From: Antedon mediterranea
Lineage: Eukaryota > Animalia > Echinodermata
Assembly (NCBI RefSeq): GCF_964355755.1
Contig: NC_092680.1
Coordinates: 12,028,001 to 12,092,000, forward strand
Direction of reading: 5' to 3'
Length of the DNA: 64,000 nucleotides
In this document: piece after piece, positions 1-12,000 of the stretch
Layout: each line of letters begins with the position of its first letter
How positions within the stretch are numbered: position 1 is the stretch's first letter
The notes under the pieces: model-generated
Database searches by the model: none
What the model was told of the DNA's origin: nothing
Seen by the model: the letters and a program-made list of their open reading frames with translations, nothing else
Made by a program: the position numbers and the translations under genes

Positions 1-3000
1 ATAGTCTAAAACGTCTCCAAATGCGATTTGAAGCTATTCTGTACACTTTGATGTTTTGTGTGAAAAAGTTTTGTCGAAATGCTCAAAATGGTCTAAAACG
101 GTTTCTATTGTGATTTTAAGCACTTTGATGATTTTGTGTAACCAAGTTTCATCGAAATGTACAAAATGGTCTAAAACGTCTCCAAATGCGATTTGAAGCT
201 ATTCTAAGTACTTTTGTGTTTTTATGTTAACAAGTTTTTTCGAAAATCACAAAATGGTCTAAAACGTCTTCAAATGCGATTTGAAGCTATTCTGTACACT
301 TTGAAGTTTTTTGTCAAAAAGTTTTCTTGAAATGCTCAAAATGGTCTAAAACGTTTTTATATACCATATTAAGCTATTTTGTGCACTTTGATGTTTTTTC
401 TTGAAAAGTTTTATCGAAATGCTCAAAATGGTCTGAAACGGTTTCTATTGTGATTTTAAGCACTTTGATGATTTTGTGTAACCAAGTTTCATCGAAATGT
501 ACAAAATGGTCTAAAACGTCTCCAAATGCGATTTGAAGCTTTTCTAAGCACTTTGGTGTTTTTATGTTAACAAGTTTTTTCGAAAATCACGAAATGGTCT
601 AAAATGTCTCCAAATGCGATTTGAAGATATTCTGAGCACTTTGGTGTTTTTATGTTAAAAAGTTTTTTCGAAAATCACAAAATGGTCTAAAACGTCTCCA
701 AATGCGATTTGAAGCTCTTCTGTACACTTTGATGTTTTGTGTGAAAAAGTTTTGTCGAAATTCTCAAAATGGTCTAAAACGTTTTTAAATACGATATTAA
801 GCTGTTTTGTGCACTTTGATGATTTGTGTGAAAAGTTTTAACGAAATGCTCAAAATGGTCAAAAACGGTTTCTAATGTGATTTTAAGCACTTTGATGTTT
901 TTGTGTAACCAAGTTTTTTCAAAAATCACAAAATGGTCTAAAACGTCTCCAAATGCGATTTGAAGCTTTTCTGAGCACTTTGGTGTTTTTATGTTAAAAA
1001 GTTTTTAAAACGATATTAAGCTATTTTGTGCTCTTTGATGTTTTTGTGTAACCAAGTTTCATCGAAAATCACAAAATGGTCTAAAACGTCTCCAAATGCG
1101 ATTTGAAGCTTTTCTAAGCACTTTGGTGTTTTTATGTTAACAAGTTTTTTCGAAAATCACGAAATGGTCTAAAATGTCTCCAAATGCGATTTGAAGATAT
1201 TCTGAGCACTTTGGTGTTTTTATGTTAACAAGTTTTTTCGAAAATCACAAAATGGTCTAAAACGTCTTCAAATGCGATTTGATGCTATTCTGTACACTTT
1301 GATGTTTTGTGTGAAAAAGTTTTGTCGAAATGCTCAAAATGGTCTAAAACGTTTTTAAATACGATATTAAGCTATTTTGTGATCTTTGATGTTTTTGTGT
1401 GAAAAGTTTTATCGAAATGCTCAAAATGGTCTAAAACGGTTTCTATTGTGATTTTAAGCACTTTGATGATTTTGTGTAACCAAGTTTCATCGAAATGTAC
1501 AAAATGGTCTAAAACGTCTCCAAATGCGATTTGAAGCTATTCTAAGTACTTTTGTGTTTTTATGTTAACAAGTTTTTTCGAAAATCACAAAATGGTCTAA
1601 AACGTCTTCAAATGCGATTTGAAGCTATTCTGTACACTTTGATGTTTTGTGTGAAAAAGTTTTGTCGAAATGCTCAAAATGGTCTAAAACGTTTTTAAAT
1701 ACGATATTAAGCTATTTTGTGCTCTTTGATGTTTTTGTGTAACCAAGTTTCATCGAAAATCACAAAATGGTCTAAAACGTCTTCAAATGCGATTTGAAGC
1801 TATTCTGTACACTTTGATGTTTTGTGTGAAAAAGTTTTGTCAAAATGCTCAAAATGGTCTAAAACGTTTTTAAAACGATATTAAGCTATTTTGTGCTCTT
1901 TGATGTTTTTGTGTAACCAAGTTTCATCGAAAATCACAAAATGGTCTAAAACGTCTCCAAATGCGATTTGAAGCTTTTCTAAGCACTTTGGTGTTTTTAT
2001 GTTAACAAGTTTTTTCGAAAATCACGAAATGGTCTAAAATGTCTCCAAATGCGATTTGAAGATATTCTGAGCACTTTGATGTTTTTGTGTGAAAAGTTTT
2101 ATCGAAATGCTCAAAATGGTCTAAAACGGTTTCTAATGCGATTTGAAGCTATTCTGTACACTTTGAAGTTTTTTGTGAAAAAATTTTCTCGAAATGCTCA
2201 AAATGGTCTAAAACGTTTTTAAATACGATATTAAGCTATTTTGTGATCTTTGATGTTTTTGTGTGAAAAGTTTTATCAAAATGCTCAAAATGGTCTGAAA
2301 CGGTTTCTAATGCGATTTGAAGCTATTCTGTACACTTTGAAGTTTTGTGTGAAAAAGTTTTCTCGAAATGCTCAAAATGGTCTAAAACGTTTTTATATAC
2401 CATATTAAGCTATTCTGTACACTTTGATGTTTTGTGTGAAAAAGTTTTGTCGAAATGCTCAAAATGGTCTAAAACGTTTTTAAAACGATATTAAGCTATT
2501 TTGTGCTCTTTGATTTTTTTGTGTAACCAAGTTTCATCGAAAATCACAAAATGGTCTAAAACGTCTCCAAATGCGATTTGAAGCTTTTCTAAGCACTTTG
2601 GTGTTTTTATGTTAACAAGTTTTTTCGAAAATCACGAAATGGTCTAAAATGTCTCCAAATGCGATTTGAAGATATTCTGAGCACTTTGATGTTTTTGTGT
2701 GAAAAGTTTTATCGAAATGCTCAAAATGGTCTAAAACGGTTTCTAATGCGATTTGAAGCTATTCTGTACACTTTGAAGTTTTTTGTGAAAAAGTTTTCTC
2801 GAAATGCTCAAAATGGTCTAAAACGTTTTTATATACCATATTAAGCTATTTTGTGCACTTTTATGTTTTGTGTGAAAAAGTTTTGTCGAAATTCTCAAAA
2901 TGGTCTAAAACGTTTTTAAATACGATATTAAGCTGTTTTGTGCACTTTGATGATTTGTGTGAAAAGTTTTAACGAAATGCTCAAAATGGTCAAAAACGTT

Positions 3001-6000
3001 TTCTAATGTGATTTTAAGCACTTTGATGTTTTTGTGTAACCAAGTTTTTTCAAAAATCACAAAATGGTCTAAAACGTCTCCAAATGCGATTTGAAGCTTT
3101 TCTAAGCACTTTTGTGTTTTTATGTTAACAAGTTTTTTCGAAAATCACAAAATGGTCTAAAACGTCTCCAAATGCGATTTGAAGATATTCTGAGCACTTT
3201 GGTGTTTTTATGTTAAAAAGTTTTTTCGAAAATCACAAAATAGTCTAAAACGTCTCCAAATGCGATTTGAAGCTATTCTGTACACTTTGATGTTTTGTGT
3301 GAAAAAGTTTTGTCGAAATGCTCAAAATGGTCTAAAACGGTTTCTATTGTGATTTTAAGCACTTTGATGATTTTGTGTAACCAAGTTTCATCGAAATGTA
3401 CAAAATGGTCTAAAACGTCTCCAAATGCGATTTGAAGCTATTCTAAGTACTTTTGTGTTTTTATGTTAACAAGTTTTTTCGAAAATCACAAAATGGTCTA
3501 AAACGTCTTCAAATGCGATTTGAAGCTATTCTGTACACTTTGAAGTTTTTTGTCAAAAAGTTTTCTTGAAATGCTCAAAATGGTCTAAAACGTTTTTATA
3601 TACCATATTAAGCTATTTTGTGCACTTTGATGTTTTTTCTTGAAAAGTTTTATCGAAATGCTCAAAATGGTCTGAAACGGTTTCTATTGTGATTTTAAGC
3701 ACTTTGATGATTTTGTGTAACCAAGTTTCATCGAAATGTACAAAATGGTCTAAAACGTCTCCAAATGCGATTTGAAGCTTTTCTAAGCACTTTGGTGTTT
3801 TTATGTTAACAAGTTTTTTCGAAAATCACGAAATGGTCTAAAATGTCTCCAAATGCGATTTGAAGATATTCTGAGCACTTTGGTGTTTTTATGTTAAAAA
3901 GTTTTTTCGAAAATCACAAAATGGTCTAAAACGTCTCCAAATGCGATTTGAAGCTCTTCTGTACACTTTGATGTTTTGTGTGAAAAAGTTTTGTCGAAAT
4001 GCTCAAAATGGTCTAAAACGTTTTTAAAACGATATTAAGCTATTTGGTGCTCTTTGATGTTTTTGTGTAACCAAGTTTCATCGAAAATCACAAAATGGTC
4101 TAAAACGTCTCCAAATGCGATTTGAAGCTTTTCTAAGCACTTTGGTGTTTTTATGTTAACAAGTTTTTTCGAAAATCACGAAATGGTCTAAAATGTCTCC
4201 AAATGCGATTTGAAGATATTCTGAGCACTTTGGTGTTTTTATGTTAACAAGTTTTTTCGAAAATCACAAAATGGTCTAAAACGTCTTCAAATGCGATTTG
4301 AAGCTATTCTGTACACTTTGATGTTTTGTGTGAAAAATTTTGGTCGAAATGCTCAAAATGGTCTAAAACGTTTTTAAATACGATATTAAGCTATTTTGTG
4401 ATCTTTGATGTTTTTGTGTGAAAAGTTTTATCGAAATGCTCAAAATGGTCTAAAACGGTTTCTATTGTGATTTTAAGCACTTTGATGATTTTGTGTAACC
4501 AAGTTTCATCGAAATGTACAAAATGGTCTAAAACGTCTCCAAATGCGATTTGAAGCTATTCTAAGTACTTTTGTGTTTTTATGTTAACAAGTTTTTTCGA
4601 AAATCACAAAATGGTCTAAAACGTCTTCAAATGCGATTTGAAGCTATTCTGTACACTTTGATGTTTTGTGTGAAAAAGTTTTGTCGAAATGCTCAAAATG
4701 GTCTAAAACGTTTTTAAATACGATATTAAGCTATTTTGTGCTCTTTGATGTTTTTATGTTAACAAGTTTTTTCGAAAATCACAAAATGGTCTAAAACGTC
4801 TTCAAATGCGATTTGAAGCTATTCTGTACACTTTGAAGTTTTTTGTCAAAAAGTTTTCTTGAAATGCTCAAAATGGTCTAAAACGTTTTTATATACCATA
4901 TTAAGCTATTTTGTGCACTTTGATGTTTTTTCTTGAAAAGTTTTATCGAAATGCTCAAAATGGTCTGAAACGGTTTCTATTGTGATTTTAAGCACTTTGA
5001 TGATTTTGTGTAACCAAGTTTCATCGAAATGTACAAAATGGTCTAAAACGTCTCCAAATGCGATTTGAAGCTTTTCTAAGCACTTTGGTGTTTTTATGTT
5101 AACAAGTTTTTTCGAAAATCACGAAATGGTCTAAAATGTCTCCAAATGCGATTTGAAGATATTCTGAGCACTTTGGTGTTTTTATGTTAAAAAGTTTTTT
5201 CGAAAATCACAAAATGGTCTAAAACGTCTCCAAATGCGATTTGAAGCTCTTCTGTACACTTTGATGTTTTGTGTGAAAAAGTTTTTTCGAAATTCTCAAA
5301 ATGGTCTAAAACGTTTTTAAATACGATATTAAGCTGTTTTGTGCACTTTGATGATTTGTGTGAAAAGTTTTAACGAAATGCTCAAAATGGTCAAAAACGG
5401 TTTCTAATGTGATTTTAAGCACTTTGATGTTTTTGTGTAACCAAGTTTTTTCAAAAATCACAAAATGGTCTAAAACGTCTCCAAATGCGATTTGAAGCTT
5501 TTCTAAGCACTTTTGTGTTTTTATTTTAACAAGTTTTTTCGAAAATCACAAAATGGTCTAAAACGTCTCCAAATGCGATTTGAAGATATTCTGAGCACTT
5601 TGGTGTTTTTATGTTAAAAAGTTTTTTCGAAAATCACAAAATAGTCTAAAACGTCTCCAAATGCGATTTGAAGCTATTCTGTACACTTTGATGTTTTGTG
5701 TGAAAAAGTTTTGTCGAAATGCTCAAAATGGTCTAAAACGTTTTTAAAACGATATTAAGCTATTTGGTGCTCTTTGATGTTTTTGTGTAACCAAGTTTCA
5801 TCGAAAATCACAAAATGGTCTAAAACGTCTCCAAATGCGATTTGAAGCTTTTCTAAGCACTTTGGTGTTTTTATGTTAACAAGTTTTTTCGAAAATCACG
5901 AAATGGTCTAAAATGTCTCCAAATGCGATTTGAAGATATTCTGAGCACTTTGGTGTTTTTATGTTAACAAGTTTTTTCGAAAATCACAAAATGGTCTAAA

Positions 6001-9000
6001 ACGTCTTCAAATGCGATTTGAAGCTATTCTGTACACTTTGATGTTTTGTGTGAAAAATTTTGGTCGAAATGCTCAAAATGGTCTAAAACGTTTTTAAATA
6101 CGATATTAAGCTATTTTGTGATCTTTGATGTTTTTGTGTGAAAAGTTTTATCGAAATGCTCAAAATGGTCTAAAACGGTTTCTATTGTGATTTTAAGCAC
6201 TTTGATGATTTTGTGTAACCAAGTTTCATCGAAATGTACAAAATGGTCTAAAACGTCTCCAAATGCGATTTGAAGCTATTCTAAGTACTTTTGTGTTTTT
6301 ATGTTAACAAGTTTTTTCGAAAATCACAAAATGGTCTAAAACGTCTTCAAATGCGATTTGAAGCTATTCTGTACACTTTGATGTTTTGTGTGAAAAAGTT
6401 TTGTCGAAATGCTCAAAATGGTCTAAAACGTTTTTAAATACGATATTAAGCTATTTTGTGCTCTTTGATGTTTTTGTGTAACCAAGTTTCATCGAAAATC
6501 ACAAAATGGTCTAAAACGTCTTCAAATGCGATTTGAAGCTATTCTGTACACTTTGATGTTTTGTGTGAAAAAGTTTTGTCAAAATGCTCAAAATGGTCTA
6601 AAACGTTTTTAAAACGATATTAAGCTATTTTGTGCTCTTTGATGTTTTTGTGTAACCAAGTTTCATCGAAAATCACAAAATCGTCTAAAACGTCTCCAAA
6701 TGCGATTTGAAGCTTTTCTAAGCACTTTGGTGTTTTTATGTTAACAAGTTTTTTCGAAAATCACGAAATGGTCTAAAATGTCTCCAAATGCGATTTGAAG
6801 ATATTCTGAGCACTTTGATGTTTTTGGGTGAAAAGTTTTATCGAAATGCTCAAAATGGTCTAAAACGGTTTCTAATGCGATTTGAAGCTATTCTGTACAC
6901 TTTGAAGTTTTTTGTGAAAAAATTTTCTCGAAATGCTCAAAATGGTCGAAAACGTTTTTAAATACGATATTAAGCTATTTTGTGATCTTTGATGTTTTTG
7001 TGTGAAAAGTTTTATCAAAATGCTCAAAATGGTCTGAAACGGTTTCTAATGCGATTTGAAGCTATTCTGTACACTTTGAAGTTTTGTGTGAAAAAGTTTT
7101 CTCGAAATGCTCAAAATGGTCTAAAACGTTTTTATATACCATATTAAGCTATTCTGTACACTTTGATGTTTTGTGTGAAAAAGTTTTGTCGAAATGCTCA
7201 AAATGGTCTAAAACGTTTTTAAAACGATATTAAGCTATTTTGTGCTCTTTGATTTTTTTGTGTAACCAAGTTTCATCGAAAATCACAAAATGGTCTAAAA
7301 CGTCTCCAAATGCGATTTGAAGCTTTTCTAAGCACTTTGGTGTTTTTATGTTAACAAGTTTTTTCGAAAATCACGAAATGGTCTAAAATGTCTCCAAATG
7401 CGATTTGAAGATATTCTGAGCACTTTGATGTTTTTGTGTGAAAAGTTTTATCGAAATGCTTAAAATGGTCTAAAACGGTTTCTAATGCGATTTGAAGCTA
7501 TTCTGTACACTTTGAAGTTTTTTGTGAAAAAGTTTTCTCGAAATGCTCAAAATGGTCTAAAACGTTTTTATATACCATATTAAGCTATTTTGTGCACTTT
7601 TATGTTTTGTGTGAAAAAGTTTTGTCGAAATTCTCAAAATGGTCTAAAACGTTTTTAAATACGATATTAAGCTGTTTTGTGCACTTTGATGATTTGTGTG
7701 AAAAGTTTTAACGAAATGCTCAAAATGGTCAAAAACGTTTTCTAATGTGATTTTAAGCACTTTGATGTTTTTGTGTAACAAAATTTTTTCAAAAATCACA
7801 AAATGGTCTAAAACGTCTCCAAATGCGATTTGAAGCTTTTCTAAGCACTTTTGTGTTTTTATGTTAACAAGTTTTTTCGAAAATCACAAAATGGTCTAAA
7901 ACGTCTCCAAATGCGATTTGAAGATATTCTGAGCACTTTGGTGTTTTTATGTTAAAAAGTTTTTTCGAAAATCACAAAATAGTCTAAAACGTCTCCAAAT
8001 GCGATTTGAAGCTATTCTGTACACTTTGATGTTTTGTGTGAAAAAGTTTTGTCGAAATGCTCAAAATGGTCTAAAACGTTTTTAAAACGATATTAAGCTA
8101 TTTTGTGATCTTTGATGTTTTTGTGTAACCAAGTTTCATCGAAAATCACAAAATGGTCTAAAACGTCTCCAAATGCGATTTGAAGCTTTTCTAAGCACTT
8201 TGGTGTTTTTATGTTAACCAGTTTTTTCGAAAATCACGAAATGGTCTAAAATGTCTCCAAATGCGATTTGAAGATATTCTGAGCACTTTGGTGTTTTTAT
8301 GTTAAAAAGTTTTTTCGAAAATCACAAAATGGTCTAAAACGTCTCCAAATACGATTTGAAGCTCTTCTGTACACTTTGATGTTTTGTGTGAAAAAGTTTT
8401 GTCGGAATGCTCAAAATGGTCTAAAACGTTTTTAAATATGATATTAAGCTGTTTTGTGCACTTTAATGATTTGTGTGAAAAGTTTTAACGAAATGCTCAA
8501 AATGGTCTAAAACGGTTTCTAATGTGATTTTAAGCACTTTGATGTTTTTGTGTAACCAAGTTTTTTCGAAAATCACAAAATGGTCTAAAACGTCTCCAAA
8601 TGCGATTTGAAGCTTTTCTAAGCACTTTGGTGTTTTTATGTTAACAAGTTTTTTCGAAAATCACAAAATGGTCTAAAACGTCTCCAAATGCGATTTGAGG
8701 ATTTTCTGAGCACTTTGGTGTTTTTATGTTAAAAAGTTTTTTCGAAAATCACAAAATGGTCTAAAACGTCTCAAAATGCGATTTGAAGCTATTCTGTACA
8801 CTTTGATGTTTTGTGTGAAAAAGTTTTGTCGAAATGCTCAAAATGGTCTAAAACGTTTTTAAAACGATATTAGGCTATTTTGTGCTCTTTGATGTTTTTG
8901 TGTAACCAAGTTTCATCGAAATCAACAAAATGGTCTAATACGTCTCCAAATGCGATTTGAAGCTTTTCCAAGCACTTTGCTGTTTTTATGTTAACAAGTT

Positions 9001-12000
9001 TTTTCGAAAATCACAAAATTGTCTAAAACGTCTTCAAATGCGATTTGAAGCTCTTCTGTACACTTTGATGTTTTGTGTGAAAAAGTTTTGTCGGAATGCT
9101 CAAAATGGTCTAAAACGTTTTTAAATATGATATTAAGCTGTTTTGTGCACTTTAATGATTTGTGTGAAAAGTTTTATCGAAATGCTCCAAATGGTCTAAA
9201 ACGGTTTCTATTGTGATTTTAAGCACTTTGATGATTTTGTGTAACCAAGTTTCATCGAAATGTACAAAATGGTCTAAAACTTCTCCAAATGCGATTTGAA
9301 GCTATTCTAAGTACTTTTGTGTTTTTATGTTAACAAGTTTTTTCGAAAATCACAAAATGGTCTAAAACGTCTTCAAATGCGATTTGAAGCTATTCTGTAC
9401 ACTTTGATGTTTTGTGTGAAAAAGTTTTGTCGAAATGCTCAAAATGGTCTAAAACGTTTTTAAATACGATATTAAGCTATTTTGTGATCTTTGATGTTTT
9501 TGTGTGAAAAGTTTTATCGAAATGCTCAAAATGGTCTGAAACGGTTTCTAATGCGATTTGAAGCTATTCTGTACACTTTGAAGTTTTTTGTGAAAAAGTT
9601 TTCTCGAAATGCTCAAAATGGTCTAAAACGTTTTTATATACCATATTAAGCTATTTTGTACACTTTGATGTTTTTTGTGAAAAGTTTTATCGAAATGCTC
9701 AAAATGGTCTAAAACGGTTTCTATTGTGATTTTAAGCACTTTGATGATTTTGTGTAACCAAGTTTCATCGAAATGTACAAAATGGTCTAAAACGTCTCCA
9801 AATGCGATTTGAAGCTATTCTAAGTACTTTTGTGTTTTTATGTTAACAAGTTTTTTCGAAAATCACAAAATGGTCTAAAACGTCTTCAAATGCGATTTGA
9901 AGCTATTCTGTACACTTTGATGTTTTGTGTGAAAAAGTTTTGTCGAAATGCTCAAAATGGTCTAAAACGTTTTTAAATACGATATTAAGCTATTTTGTGA
10001 TCTTTGATGTTTTTGTGTGAAAAGTTTTATCGAAATGCTCAAAATGGTCTAAAACGGTTTCTATTGTGATTTTAAGCACTTTGATGATTTTGTGTAACCA
10101 AGTTTCATCGAAATGTACAAAATGGTCTAAAACGTCTCCAAATGCGATTTGAAGCTATTCTAAGTACTTTTGTGTTTTTATGTTAACAAGTTTTTTCGAA
10201 AATCACAAAATGGTCTAAAACGTCTTCAAATGCGATTTGAAGCTATTCTGTACACTTTGATGTTTTGTGTGAAAAAGTTTTGTCGAAATGCTCAAAATGG
10301 TCTAAAACGTTTTTAAATACGATATTAAGCTATTTTGTGATCTTTGATGTTTTTGTGTGAAAAGTTTTATCGAAATGCTCCAAATGGTCTAAAACGGTTT
10401 CTATTGTGATTTTAAGCACTTTGAAAATTTTGTGTAACCAAGTTTCATCGAAATGTACAAAATGGTCTAAAACTTCTCCAAATGCGATTTGAAGCTATTC
10501 TAAGTACTTTTGTGTTTTTATGTTAACAAGTTTTTTCGAAAATCACAAAATGGTCTAAAACGTCTTCAAATGCGATTTGAAGCTATTCTGTACACTTTGA
10601 TGTTTTGTGTGAAAAAGTTTTGTCGAAATGCTCAAAATGGTCTAAAACGTTTTTAAATACGATATTAAGCTATTTTGTGATCTTTGATGTTTTTGTGTGA
10701 AAAGTTTTATCGAAATGCTCAAAATGGTCTGAAACGGTTTCTAATGCGATTTGAAGCTATTCTGTACACTTTGAAGTTTTTTGTGAAAAAGTTTTCTCGA
10801 AATGCTCAAAATGGTCTAAAACGTTTTTATATACCATATTAAGCTATTTTGTGCACTTTGATGTTTTTTGTGAAAAGTTTTATCGAAATGCTCAAAATGG
10901 TCTAAAACGGTTTCTATTGTGATTTTAAGCACTTTGATGATTTTGTGTAACCAAGTTTCATCGAAATGTACAAAATGGTCTAGAACGTCTCCAAATGCGA
11001 TTTGAAGCTATTCTAAGTACTTTTGTGTTTTTATGTTAACAAGTTTTTTCGAAAATCACAAAATGGTCTAAAACGTCTTCAAATGCGATTTGAAGCTATT
11101 CTGTACACTTTGATGTTTTGTGTGAAAAAGTTTTGTCGAAATGCTCAAAATGGTCGAAAACGTTTTTAAATACGATATTAAGCTATTTTGTGATCTTTGA
11201 TGTTTTTGTGTGAAAAGTTTTATCGAAATGCTCAAAATGGTCTAAAACGGTTTCTATTGTGATTTTAAGCACTTTGATGATTTTGTGTAACCAAGTTTCA
11301 TCGAAATGTACAAAATGGTCTAAAACGTCTCCAAATGCGATTTGAAGCTATTCTAAGTACTTTTGTGTTTTTATGTTAACAAGTTTTTTCGAAAATCACA
11401 AAATGGTCTAAAACGTCTCCAAATGCGATTTGAAGCTATTCTGTACACTTTGATGTTTTGTGTGAAAAAGTTTTGTCGAAATGCTCAAAATGGTCTAAAA
11501 CGTTTTTAAAACGATATTAAGCTATTTTGTGCTCTTTGATGTTTTTGTGTAACCAAGTTTCATCGAAAATCACAAAATGGTCTAAAACGTCTCCAAATGC
11601 GATTTGAAGCTTTTCTAAGCACTTTGGTGTTTTTATGTTAACAAGTTTTTTCGAAAATCACGAAATGGTCTAAAACGTCTCCAAATGCGATTTGAAGCTA
11701 TTCTGTACACTTTGATGTTTTGTGTGAAAAAGTTTTGTCGAAATGCTCAAAATGGTCGAAAACGTTTTTAAATACGATATTAAGCTATTTTGTGATCTTT
11801 GATGTTTTTGTGTGAAAAGTTTTATCAAAATGCTCAAAATGGTCTGAAACGGTTTCTAATGCGATTTGAAGCTATTCTGTACACTTTGAAGTTTTGTGTG
11901 AAAAAGTTTTCTCGAAATGCTCAAAATGGTCTAAAACGTTTTTATATACCATATTAAGCTATTCTGTACACTTTGATGTTTTGTGTGAAAAAGTTTTGTC

